From the IMG/VR virus record IMGVR_UViG_3300032315_001401, positions 32,001-96,000 of that record: a stretch of DNA of 64,000 bases; one strand, written 5' to 3'. This document shows positions 33,943 to 43,241 of this stretch, piece by piece. Under the pieces are notes generated by a model. The model was given only the letters and a program-made list of their open reading frames with translations, searched no databases and had not been told where the DNA came from. A program made the position numbers and the translations under genes. Origin of the DNA: a virus. Each line of letters opens with the position of its first letter. Position 1 is the stretch's first letter.

Positions 33943-35073
33943 TCAGGATTGGGGAGGATAGTCAATGTATTCTGCGGTCAATTCAGGTTGAGAAGGCATT
34001 TTGAAATCAGCATCCACTTTGTCATAAAGTTCCAAGAAAGATTGCTTGGTCTCATCGTCAAAGCGATTCACACACACCTGAATTGCCTTTGCCTTATCTT
34101 GGAAGATACTATAGGCACGGATGATGTGGACCAGACGACGGGTGCTGATGATTTCCTCAATACCACCATCATAGAACGTTTTCCTAATGATATCGGCCCA
34201 ATCAACCAATCGCTTGCAGAAGTCACGGTCTTCCACACCCAAGTCCAGAGCGATGCCTTCCAGAATCTTCTGTTCGGTTGCAGGAGCAGGATATGCTTGC
34301 TCAAAGGTCACAGGGAAACGCTCAAGAAATGCTTCATTAAGAACATTAGTGCCAATGAAACGACCATCATCACTACCCTTACCTTTGGTGTTGGCAGTAG
34401 CAACAACATTAAAACCATCGGCAGGTTTCACGAAACGACCAATCTTCTTCAGGAAGACACCTTTACCTTCCAAAACAGATTGCAGACACAGAATCTTGTT
34501 GGAAGCAAGGTCAATCTCATCCAGAAGCAAAATCGCACCACGCTCCAGTGCCTCAATCACAGGACCATTGTGCCAAGCAGTTTCACCATTCACAAGACGG
34601 AAACCACCAATCAGGTCATCCTCATCAGTCTCAATGGTGATATTAACACGAATCAATTCACGCTTCAGTTGAGCACAAACTTGCTCCACACTGAACGTTT
34701 TACCATTACCCGAAAGACCCGTAATGAACGTAGGATAAAAAAGACGGGACTGAATAATTTTCTTAATATCGTTAAAGTTACCAAACTTGACGAAGGTATC
34801 ATCTTTATCAGGAATAAGGTTTTGTTCAGCGGCAGGAAGCACAGCAGGGGCACTGAAAGAACGCTCAATCTCTTCCACACGCTCTTGAGTCACTTCCAGA
34901 TTCCAACGACCACGAGCAGTCTTGTAATTCTCAAGACGACGAGTCACAGTTTGATAGTTAAGACCACGAGAAGCACAAAAACCTTTCAGGTCACCAGAAG
35001 TGATTTCAGAACCATACAGTTCTTGAATGCTTGCGATAAGTGCTTGATCGTTCACAGAAGACTTGCGAGACAT
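33943..35073 (-). CDS. cobS: CobS/MoxR-like AAA+ ATPase
   Basis: GLSGNGKT; LLDEID; ATANTKG; NEAFLERF. Confidence 0.92.
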   Translation of the reverse strand: MSRKSSVNDQALIASIQELYGSEITSGDLKGFCASRGLNYQTVTRRLENYKTARGRWNLEVTQERVEEIERSFSAPAVLPAAEQNLIPDKDDTFVKFGNFNDIKKIIQSRLFYPTFITGLSGNGKTFSVEQVCAQLKRELIRVNITIETDEDDLIGGFRLVNGETAWHNGPVIEALERGAILLLDEIDLASNKILCLQSVLEGKGVFLKKIGRFVKPADGFNVVATANTKGKGSDDGRFIGTNVLNEAFLERFPVTFEQAYPAPATEQKILEGIALDLGVEDRDFCKRLVDWADIIRKTFYDGGIEEIISTRRLVHIIRAYSIFQDKAKAIQVCVNRFDDETKQSFLELYDKVDADFKMPSQPELTAEYIDYPPQS

Positions 35074-35142
35074 AATGTAGTTAGGTGGTTTTGTTTAACT
35101 GAAGTTATTATATAAGAAAAAAGGGGGCAGTGGAGTGCCCCC

Positions 35143-35164
35143 TGTGACAGTTTGGAAATTGGTT
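35143..35164. promoter_or_regulatory. dyad motif copy with hairpin and TATAAT for cobS
   Basis: tgtgacagtttggaaattggtt; TATAAT 30 nt downstream on the minus strand. Confidence 0.55.
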
Positions 35165-37305
35165 CAAGCAATGAGTTCCACAAACTCTCCAAGAATACGC
35201 TTGTTCATTTTTTTGGATTTCAAACTCTTGACAAAAGCGTTTTTAATCTGCGATTTAGAAGCATCTTCAGAAACAGCAAATTCCGAATCTTGCGAAAGTG
35301 CATTTGCAGAAAGTCCAAAGTAAGTATGATACCCAGACTTTTTAATCGAAAATACTTTTTCTTTCCTCCAAGAACCCATCACCTTATCATAATCCGGACC
35401 ATAATAACCACAGTAACGACGAATGAAAGCACCTGCATCGTGAGATTCGAGCACACGAATACCAATAAAGTTAATATCGGCAAACTTGTCCCTCAAATTA
35501 CGAAGGAAAACATCAGTCATTTGATGCCATTCACATTCCAAAGAATAAGTGTTTCCAGTTTTACGGTCACGCAAGAATGAATTAGTGCCAATATGAGAAG
35601 TGCCCAAATAAGGACCATCTTCCCAATGACGATGCACTTCACGATGATACTTAATGCCACACGATTCACCATCGGTCAAAATCACACACTGAACTTTTTG
35701 AAGTTTGTTTTCCTTTTGAAATTTGGGAAGAATCTGATGAAGGGCAATCATTGATTCATTGAGAGGAGTTCCGGAAAGACTCATACCGAGAGGAGTGGGA
35801 TATGACTGATAGAAATGCCGACCAAAAGAAGTTGCAATACGGAAAATATTCTTCATTTGATTTTCTAGAGTCTTACCATTCACTTTACTGGTGAGAAGAT
35901 TCATCATAGAAAACCACTCACCAACTTGAATCAGTCCATCTTTCTTTTGATAGGCAAGTTCGCGCATATTTGCCCTACCATTTTGGTCATAAGTCACCAA
36001 AGGATAATCGGTTGTGAAAGCATAAACATCAAAAGGAATTGCAACTTTCTTACAGAACCAAACAAGGTTAAAGAGTTGCTTGACCGTATCCAACATCACA
36101 TCACCCATCGAACCAGACCAGTCCAGAACGAATACCAGACCGTGATTCTTACCGGTAGCAAGAGTAGTGACCTTTTTGAAGAGGTCCTCATTGTATTTGT
36201 AAGTATGAAGTTTGGAGCAATCCAAAACACCAGTGCGAGCAGTTGTGGCACGGGCATAGGAATCTGCTGCCTTACGACACTCAAACTCTTTCACAAGATA
36301 ATTGACTTCCTTTTGTGCAGAACGCTTGAATTCTACAAACTGCTTATCAACTTCACCAAAAACATCTTCGTGCTTATAATCACGATCTTGAATAAAAGCA
36401 TCCCAATTTTCTTTACATTTATCATGAATCTCTGCGTTGGAAACAATAATCTTTTTCAGGTCAAGTTGAGGAATTTCCAAATACACATTCTCATATCCAT
36501 CGTTATTGACAAGATCTTTAAGTGCCTCTTCCAGAGACTCCATCGTTTTCACTTCAGGGTCTTCATTCTTTTCACCACCCAATTTTTGAGTGGAATCACC
36601 CATTTCTGGGGTGGTTTCACCAGAAGCAGAACCACCAGATTCGGGTTGGTCATTTTCACCCTGCTGCTGGTCACTGAAATCTGAAGCAGGTTGATTATCT
36701 GCACCACTGTCCTGCGATTCCAGATTATCAAGATTAATTTTAACTTCTTCTTGTTGCTTTTGCTTACAATACTTATAAAGTGCTTCTGATGCAATCAACA
36801 CATCAGCAAAAGTTTCAACATCGGCAATCAGGTTGATAATATCAGTCTCTTCACCACGCTCAATCGGCACATCAACAAAGTTTCCAATCTTAAACCAAAT
36901 GTTTGCACGGTCGGCAAGATTATAAGTTTCCAGATTATCATCTTTGATTTGGAAAAAGTCATCATCGGCAAGTTCCTTATAACCATTGAAGAAGGTCTTT
37001 GCCAGACCAGCATAACGACGCTTCATCAATTTCTCAATGCGAGCATCCTCTACCACATTCACAAACTGTGGAGGAACTTTTACATTTTTAGTCCAGTCCT
37101 CATCAGGGGTATAGAGAGCGTGACCCACCTCGTGACCCACCAGAAGGTCATAGACTGTGTTGCTTGCCTTCTCCCACATCGGCAGAGTCAGCACACGAGT
37201 ATGGACGTTAAAGCAGGCAGTCTCTACCTTCTTGTGCTCAACCACAAGGTCTTCGGTGGCAAGAAGTTTAGCAAGTTGGGACTTGATTTCGTGACGGACA
37301 GACAT
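35164..37305 (-). CDS. CobT-like metallopeptidase/VWA-domain protein
   Basis: GHEVGHALYT...NVVEDARIE; LDWSGSM MIDAS; ILTDGE. Confidence 0.88.
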   Translation of the reverse strand: MSVRHEIKSQLAKLLATEDLVVEHKKVETACFNVHTRVLTLPMWEKASNTVYDLLVGHEVGHALYTPDEDWTKNVKVPPQFVNVVEDARIEKLMKRRYAGLAKTFFNGYKELADDDFFQIKDDNLETYNLADRANIWFKIGNFVDVPIERGEETDIINLIADVETFADVLIASEALYKYCKQKQQEEVKINLDNLESQDSGADNQPASDFSDQQQGENDQPESGGSASGETTPEMGDSTQKLGGEKNEDPEVKTMESLEEALKDLVNNDGYENVYLEIPQLDLKKIIVSNAEIHDKCKENWDAFIQDRDYKHEDVFGEVDKQFVEFKRSAQKEVNYLVKEFECRKAADSYARATTARTGVLDCSKLHTYKYNEDLFKKVTTLATGKNHGLVFVLDWSGSMGDVMLDTVKQLFNLVWFCKKVAIPFDVYAFTTDYPLVTYDQNGRANMRELAYQKKDGLIQVGEWFSMMNLLTSKVNGKTLENQMKNIFRIATSFGRHFYQSYPTPLGMSLSGTPLNESMIALHQILPKFQKENKLQKVQCVILTDGESCGIKYHREVHRHWEDGPYLGTSHIGTNSFLRDRKTGNTYSLECEWHQMTDVFLRNLRDKFADINFIGIRVLESHDAGAFIRRYCGYYGPDYDKVMGSWRKEKVFSIKKSGYHTYFGLSANALSQDSEFAVSEDASKSQIKNAFVKSLKSKKMNKRILGEFVELIA

Positions 37306-37333
37306 AGGTTTGATTCGTATGGACCTATCATAC

Positions 37334-37380
37334 AAAAAAAGAGGGTGGTGAGACCCTCTTGTGTGCCAGTTTGAAAAGTG
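37334..37380. repeat. direct repeat copy 1 (hairpin plus dyad cassette)
   Basis: 40 bp identical to 38308-38347. Confidence 0.9.
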
Positions 37381-37383
37381 GTC

Positions 37384-38280
37384 TCAACCTCTAGTTTTCC
37401 CACCATGCTTTGCAGCAACCGAACGCATTCTGTCTGCTCTGCCATAATCTCTGGTTTCTTTAGTACGATTACCAGAGTCACCAGCAGTTTCTCCAGAGTC
37501 CATAGCATCATAAACTTGTCTATCGACTTTTTTATGAGGGAATTCTTTTTTTCCTTCACCAACAAACTCTTCATTTTTTTGTCCCAGTTTAGCATATGAA
37601 AGACTTCCATGATGTTGGAGGTTTCTATTAAGTTTTTCCCCCTTATCTTCATATTTTTTTTCTGTAGGTTTATCACCTGCTTTCATTGCACTAAATTCTT
37701 TTTTAGAGAATCTTCTAACTTGTTTGGTTACTTTTTCGTATGGGAATGGTTGTTTTGCTTCAACAATACTCTCTCTCCATTCTTCACTCATATTCACCAT
37801 AATGACTTCTGCTTGTTCTTGTGTTTTAGCATATCCTTCATCAAGAAGATGTGAAAGGATGATGTCGTAAATATCTACTTCTTCCTTTGCAGTTGCTACT
37901 GAAGAAGGATAAGAACTTTTCTTATCTTTAGGAACAGATGTTCCTAAAATTGTTCTTCTTACTTGACCAACATCTTTTTTCCAAAATGGATTCTTCTTAA
38001 ATTCGTGCTTCTTACCTTTGGGTTGTTGCCCTCTCTTACTCATTTTTTCTTGAGTAGAAGAAAGATTTGCGTGTCTTGCATATTCGTTTTCACCAGGACC
38101 ACCCTTCTCAAATGATTGAGTATCTGGATTATCTACGCCTAATTGTTTTCTTTTTGCTTCTGATTTTTCTTTGGGAGTATATCCAGAAGGATTGGGATTC
38201 TTTGGGTCATTCCAAGAAACTTTACCCTCAACAACTTCTAGATATGCTTCATGAAGATTGCGAAGTTCTTGTGCGTCCAT
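37384..38280 (-). CDS. modular Lys-rich late protein (EGYA-module family)
   Basis: ELRNLHEAY N-module; internal YDIILSHLLDEGYA...MSEEW; TATAAATA at 38301-38308. Confidence 0.82.
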   Translation of the reverse strand: MDAQELRNLHEAYLEVVEGKVSWNDPKNPNPSGYTPKEKSEAKRKQLGVDNPDTQSFEKGGPGENEYARHANLSSTQEKMSKRGQQPKGKKHEFKKNPFWKKDVGQVRRTILGTSVPKDKKSSYPSSVATAKEEVDIYDIILSHLLDEGYAKTQEQAEVIMVNMSEEWRESIVEAKQPFPYEKVTKQVRRFSKKEFSAMKAGDKPTEKKYEDKGEKLNRNLQHHGSLSYAKLGQKNEEFVGEGKKEFPHKKVDRQVYDAMDSGETAGDSGNRTKETRDYGRADRMRSVAAKHGGKTRG

Positions 38281-38307
38281 TTTTATGAATACTTTTTAGT
38301 TATTTAT

Positions 38308-38354
38308 AAAAAAAGAGGGTGGTGAGACCCTCTTGTGTGCCAGTTTGGAAAGTG
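38308..38354. repeat. direct repeat copy 2 (hairpin plus dyad cassette)
   Basis: aaaaaaagagggtggtgagaccctcttgtgtgccagtttg. Confidence 0.9.
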
Positions 38355-38359
38355 CCCTA

Positions 38360-39466
38360 TTAGTTTTCCTCAGCACTCTTAGCAAGTCTTTTACGTCTCT
38401 GCTTTTCTTTTTGCTTAGCATTTAAGACAGCACCCCTTCCACGATTAGCGGATTGATCCCAATCTCTAGGGGGGGTATAGTTAGAACCAAATGCCATTTG
38501 GTTTCTCCTTACACGGTCATCAGTTACACTTGCTTCATCAAGAACTTCTTCAACAATACTCTGCTTCCACTCTTCACTCATATTTGCCATAATAGCAATT
38601 GCTGCCTCATTCGTATCAGCATAACCTTCAGCAACTAAATGCTCAAGGATGTAGTCAAAGAGGTCAAAACTTTCAGCACTTACACCAGTTTTCTTCTGTC
38701 TCTCAAGTTTCTTACCTTTTGGTTTTGATCCAGGAGCACTTGGACCTCCATCAAAATCTCGGTCATAACCAGTATGCCCGTATTCATCTCTTCCTCTTGC
38801 AGTATCTCTAGCTTCCTGGTCCATGTTACGTCTGTCACTACCAACAGGGCTAGGTTCAGAAGATCTTCTACCTCTATTTCCAACATTACGATTAAGAGTT
38901 CTGTAGAAGTTTTTTTCTGCAGATTTTACTTTTTGAGTTTTTTCACCTCTTTTTGAAAATTCACTTGCAGGTGTTTCTCTTCTCTTGTTAGCAAGTTTTC
39001 CATATGCAGCAGTTGCTTTTGGAGTTTGACCATAAGAACCTTCTGCTTCATCAAGAATTTCTTCAACAATACTTTGCGCCCACTCTTCATCCATATTTGC
39101 CATAATAGCGATTGCTGCTTCTAGTGTTTCAGCATAACCTTCGGCAACTAGGTGCTCTAAAATATGCTCAAACATATCTTTTCCACCCTTTTGTGGAACT
39201 TTCCCCCTATCTCTAAGTCTCTCACGACCACCTTCCGCTCTCTCCTCTTTAGAAGCTCCTGGACGGAATTTGCCTAACATCAATCTACCGTGTTTTTCAG
39301 ACTCAGTTTCTGGTCTTCCTCTTTCCTTATCCTCTTTACGCTTTTGTGATTCACGAGAAAGAGCACTCAAACTAGTGTTTCTACCCTCATCAAGTTGCTC
39401 TACTTCTTCTTGAGCATAAATTGAAGCATAAGCCTCATAAAGACCGATAATTTCTTGATCTCTCAT
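38360..39466 (-). CDS. modular Lys/Arg-rich late protein with two EGYA modules
   Basis: GLYEAYASIY; ILEHLVAEGYA...IMANM.EEW twice; TATAAATA at 39489-39496. Confidence 0.82.
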   Translation of the reverse strand: MRDQEIIGLYEAYASIYAQEEVEQLDEGRNTSLSALSRESQKRKEDKERGRPETESEKHGRLMLGKFRPGASKEERAEGGRERLRDRGKVPQKGGKDMFEHILEHLVAEGYAETLEAAIAIMANMDEEWAQSIVEEILDEAEGSYGQTPKATAAYGKLANKRRETPASEFSKRGEKTQKVKSAEKNFYRTLNRNVGNRGRRSSEPSPVGSDRRNMDQEARDTARGRDEYGHTGYDRDFDGGPSAPGSKPKGKKLERQKKTGVSAESFDLFDYILEHLVAEGYADTNEAAIAIMANMSEEWKQSIVEEVLDEASVTDDRVRRNQMAFGSNYTPPRDWDQSANRGRGAVLNAKQKEKQRRKRLAKSAEEN

Positions 39467-39491
39467 TTTTCTAAAAAGACTTTTTAGTTAT

Positions 39492-39632
39492 TTATAAAAA
39501 AGAAGAAGCGTCCCCGTGTTGGAGACGCTTCTTGAGTGCTTGGCGACGTGCCTTTGCTTGTCGCAGTGCTTGAGGTTTAAGTTTTCGTTTCTGGGGTTTG
39601 CCAGAGTTGTGTTGCCAGTTTGGGGTGCTCAT
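39492..39632 (-). CDS. small basic hypothetical protein (46 aa)
   Basis: MSTPNWQHNSGKPQKRKLKPQALRQAKARR...; coupled to the gp46 stop. Confidence 0.6.
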   Translation of the reverse strand: MSTPNWQHNSGKPQKRKLKPQALRQAKARRQALKKRLQHGDASSFL

Positions 39633-41359
39633 CAGTCTTGTGCTTGTGAGGACATCATACGGGAAAAACCCTTGACCTTTTCGAACCTTATGACACTTTC
39701 GAATTTGTCATGAAGGTCTGCCTTATGAGAAATCACGAAAATATTAGCATCCTTAATGACATAACGAATAATCTTAAGAAACTCATCAGTTCCAAATCCA
39801 TCAAGTGAAGAATCAAATACCTCATCCATAATCAGCAGATTAGTATTGACGGAATTTTTGACTCGTGCCACTTCCCTCCAAGTGAAGAGAAGGGCAAGGT
39901 CGATTCTCATTTTTTCACCCTCACTGAAGGAACTATAAGAAAAGTCTTCGTGAATGGGTGACTTTACAGTTTCGTTAAACTCTTCATCAAGATGGAAGTT
40001 AATATAAAAATCCATCATCTGAAGATAACGATTCACCTGCTGATTGATGAAAGGAAGATACTTTTTGATAATCTTCGTCTTTACACCATCATCCTTAAGT
40101 AAGGAATAGGCAAAATCGTAATAAACGATTTCTTCTTTTTTCTTTGAAAGGTCTTCGAATGTTTTTTGGAGATTGGTTTGAAATTCTTCTAACTTCTCAT
40201 GTTCAGTATTTCTGTTTGCAAGGTTTTGGGTAATAGTTTGAATTTCAGATTCAAGGTCTCGAATTTGTCTCTGGTTGAGTGAAATCCGAGTATTGTTTTG
40301 AGAAATCTCATGGTTGAGTTTCGTAATCTCCTTTGATAGAACTGTGAATTGACGCTCTCTGTCTTGTTCTAACTTTATAGTCTCCTCAAGTTCCTGAAAA
40401 CCTTTCTGGAGTTCTTTTGCTTTATTTTGAGCGTCTGCAATTCTATTTAATCGAAACTCTTCCTCAATTGTTTGTGTGCAAGTAGGGCATACCGTATTCT
40501 CTGTAAAAAACTTATGCTCTTGAGTAATTGTAGATACTTTTTGTGAGAGTTTGCCCTTAAGATTATTCAATTTTAATAATTTATCTCCAGCACCAATCAA
40601 TTCTTCTTGCAATTTAGTTTTGTCAACAAGTGAAGATTCTACGGTAGAAATATGAGTCATATAATCACCAATTTCAGAATCTAAACTGGCAATCTTTTCT
40701 TTGTTGGAGTTTATATTGGCATTACCACGATTCTCAAGTTCTTCGATGAAACTTTGTTGCATTTTCATCTTGTCCTTAAGAGTTTCTTTCTTAAGTTCAA
40801 GAGATTTAATCTGGTCCTTCTTTTCGCGAATTTTATCTTTAATGAGAGAGTTCATCGCAGAAAAAATACGAATATCTAGAAGGTCTTCAATTACTTCACG
40901 ACGATGTGATGTTGCCAATTGCATAAAAGGCACAAAAGTGCTGCTACCCAAAATTACAATTTGAGTGAAACTCCGGTAATTTAATTTAAGAATATTTTCT
41001 TCTAGAATTCTTTGATTTGCACGGTCATCCGCTTCCTTATGAAGAGAAACGCCATTCACTTCAATATCAAAAATATTTGGTTTGATTCCACGACGAACCA
41101 AATAATCACGATTATTAATTGAAAACTCAATTTCAACTAAACAATCCTTTTCATTGGTTGTATTAACCAGTTGAGGTTTATTAATCCGTCGAAATGGTTT
41201 ATTAAAAAGAACAAATGTAAGTGCGTCCAACACAGTGGATTTGCCTGCACCATTCGTTCCAACAATTAAATTTGTATTGTTTTTCTCAAAGTCAATTTCT
41301 GAAAACTGATTGCCAGTTGAAAGAAAATTGCGCCATCTAATCTTGTGAAATACTAACAT
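39632..41359 (-). CDS. gp46: recombination endonuclease ATPase subunit (Rad50-like)
   Basis: NGAGKS; CPTC hook; FSEGEK; MDEVFD. Confidence 0.96.
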   Translation of the reverse strand: MLVFHKIRWRNFLSTGNQFSEIDFEKNNTNLIVGTNGAGKSTVLDALTFVLFNKPFRRINKPQLVNTTNEKDCLVEIEFSINNRDYLVRRGIKPNIFDIEVNGVSLHKEADDRANQRILEENILKLNYRSFTQIVILGSSTFVPFMQLATSHRREVIEDLLDIRIFSAMNSLIKDKIREKKDQIKSLELKKETLKDKMKMQQSFIEELENRGNANINSNKEKIASLDSEIGDYMTHISTVESSLVDKTKLQEELIGAGDKLLKLNNLKGKLSQKVSTITQEHKFFTENTVCPTCTQTIEEEFRLNRIADAQNKAKELQKGFQELEETIKLEQDRERQFTVLSKEITKLNHEISQNNTRISLNQRQIRDLESEIQTITQNLANRNTEHEKLEEFQTNLQKTFEDLSKKKEEIVYYDFAYSLLKDDGVKTKIIKKYLPFINQQVNRYLQMMDFYINFHLDEEFNETVKSPIHEDFSYSSFSEGEKMRIDLALLFTWREVARVKNSVNTNLLIMDEVFDSSLDGFGTDEFLKIIRYVIKDANIFVISHKADLHDKFESVIRFEKVKGFSRMMSSQAQD

Positions 41360-41612
41360 TTTTGGGGGGGATTACAATATCGTCAGGAGTGACTACGGCA
41401 TACTTGTAATTATAGCGTTTGCAGGTCATTATGGCAAGGTCGTCATCAACCTCTACAACATCCATTACAGTCTTTTCTTGGTCTTCTAACATCATTGCAT
41501 AACGAGTAGCATCGTCCTCTTCCTCAAAGAGAAATAAGACTTTTTCACCATATCGATTTTGAACCGCATATGCTCCGTCGTCTTTTCTGTTTTTGAGTGT
41601 AAGAAGAAACAT
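41337..41612 (-). CDS. conserved hypothetical protein
   Basis: GAYAV...LFEEEDDATRY...VIPP; sits between gp47 and gp46. Confidence 0.8.
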   Translation of the reverse strand: MFLLTLKNRKDDGAYAVQNRYGEKVLFLFEEEDDATRYAMMLEDQEKTVMDVVEVDDDLAIMTCKRYNYKYAVVTPDDIVIPPKNVSISQD

Positions 41613-42652
41613 TATTCTACTTCGCAAGCTTGCTGATAAAGATCTTGAAAAATACCTTTAATAATAGTCTTATCGAACTCAAACTCCGATTCTTCAATGT
41701 AACGATTTAGAATTGTCAGAGTATTTTCATCTTCACTGATTTCAAACTCTTCATTCTCTTGAATCTCAAAGTTTTCAATAATCTTAAGTTCTTGAATACC
41801 GACTGTATAAAGTTTATCAATAAACTTCTCAAAATCTTTTGGTTTAGATTTTTTACGAACAATTACTTTCACAATTTTATTCATATACTCTGTAGCATCA
41901 AACATTTGATATGGAGTATCCTCATAATAAATGTTATAGAATAATTTATAAGGATTATTGATTGGAGTATGCTCTAGAGTTTCTGTATCAAAAATGTGAA
42001 ACCCGCGAGTGTCATTCACATCATTCCAATACATCTCATAAGTATTACCCAGATAAAAGATTTTTCCATTGTCAGAGCGAGTATGGTAATGTCCAGAAAA
42101 TACTTTCTGAAACTTATCAAAAATCTTTGGATCAGTTCCATGGTCTTCCATTACAAGATTTCGATTCACACTAAAACCTTGAAGTTCCAAATGACCCATC
42201 GCAATCTTTGCTTTGGACTTTTTGATTTGCATTAGTGTCTCATCATAGTTTTCACTACAAATCCAAGGCACCATCATAATGTCTAAACCACCAACTTTTA
42301 CTGTCTGTGGCGAACTATAGGTTTTAATATTGGAGTAATCCTTAAGTAGTAATTCCGGAGCATTAATTTCTGTGGAATTACGAAGGAATATATCATGATT
42401 ACCCACAATCATATGAGTTTCATATTTTGAAAGTGGGTCTAGCACCACTCTACGAGTCCAATCAAGTCCCCAAAAATCAATACTCTTACGATTATCAAAA
42501 GCATCGCCCATATGAATCACTGTTGTAATTCCTTCTTTTTCTAAAGTAGGAAAAAACACATTCCTATAAAAGAGTTCAAAATAATCATGAAGATATCTGG
42601 ACGATTTTCTTGCCGACCAGTGAGTGTCCGTTAAAACTGCGATACGAGTCAT
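41612..42652 (-). CDS. gp47: recombination endonuclease nuclease subunit (Mre11-like)
   Basis: TDTHW; GDAFD; GNHD; SGHYH. Confidence 0.96.
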   Translation of the reverse strand: MTRIAVLTDTHWSARKSSRYLHDYFELFYRNVFFPTLEKEGITTVIHMGDAFDNRKSIDFWGLDWTRRVVLDPLSKYETHMIVGNHDIFLRNSTEINAPELLLKDYSNIKTYSSPQTVKVGGLDIMMVPWICSENYDETLMQIKKSKAKIAMGHLELQGFSVNRNLVMEDHGTDPKIFDKFQKVFSGHYHTRSDNGKIFYLGNTYEMYWNDVNDTRGFHIFDTETLEHTPINNPYKLFYNIYYEDTPYQMFDATEYMNKIVKVIVRKKSKPKDFEKFIDKLYTVGIQELKIIENFEIQENEEFEISEDENTLTILNRYIEESEFEFDKTIIKGIFQDLYQQACEVE

Positions 42653-43125
42653 CGATTGCTACGATACTGGATGTTGTCTTTCATACTATTATAGTCGGAA
42701 TTGTTCCCAGAAAGCAAGTTGTCATCAATCATCATAACCTCATCATAACCAGTGCGTTCGATAATTTTGGTTTTGATTTCTAATTGTTTCTTTTCTTTTT
42801 GAATTCTTCTCAAAAAAGCATAGTGAATGATTTGAGTAAAATATGCGAAAGGATTTTGAGATTTTTCTGGATTAAAATTATGAATATATTGAACACAATT
42901 TTCTATGCCATCAGAAATCATATCATCCCGAAACATATAATTCACAAAATTTGGTTTGTATGAGAGGTGTGTTGCAATCTTAAGAAAACACTCTCCCAAA
43001 TAATTAGAGATACGGGGTTTGGGAAGACCTTGTTCCTTTGCTGCAGCAACCTTTGTCCTATAAACAATCAATGCTTCAAGTAACTCTTTGTTATTCACAT
43101 AATGTTCTGATTTCTTTTTTGGCAT
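42649..43125 (-). CDS. gp55: late-transcription sigma factor
   Basis: HYVNNKE...KPNFVNY...NPFAYFTQI. Confidence 0.95.
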   Translation of the reverse strand: MPKKKSEHYVNNKELLEALIVYRTKVAAAKEQGLPKPRISNYLGECFLKIATHLSYKPNFVNYMFRDDMISDGIENCVQYIHNFNPEKSQNPFAYFTQIIHYAFLRRIQKEKKQLEIKTKIIERTGYDEVMMIDDNLLSGNNSDYNSMKDNIQYRSNR

Positions 43126-43186
43126 AATTTAAAACCATTTCCGTTTCGGTATAAGTTGAATTAATTATACCACATAAAGCAAGGGC

Positions 43187-43241
43187 TTGACAAGTATCAA
43201 AAATGTGTGTAGACTAGGTTTGTCTCCATTGAAGATAAGTT
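43187..43241 (+). promoter_or_regulatory. antisense sigma70 promoter with conserved 32-bp element (copy 2), back to back with the gp55 promoter
   Basis: TTGACA-17nt-TAGACT-aggtttgtctccattgaagataagtt; on the minus strand TTGTCA-18nt-TATAAT faces gp55. Confidence 0.65.

Noticed and set aside
33949-35115. 388-aa plus-strand ORF exactly antisense to cobS
   Set aside because: It is a shadow frame produced by the codon bias of cobS; there is no promoter, SD or recognisable motif.
35152-36684. Plus-strand ORFs (142 aa and 252 aa) opposite the VWA/peptidase gene
   Set aside because: They are antisense shadows of a well-supported minus-strand gene.
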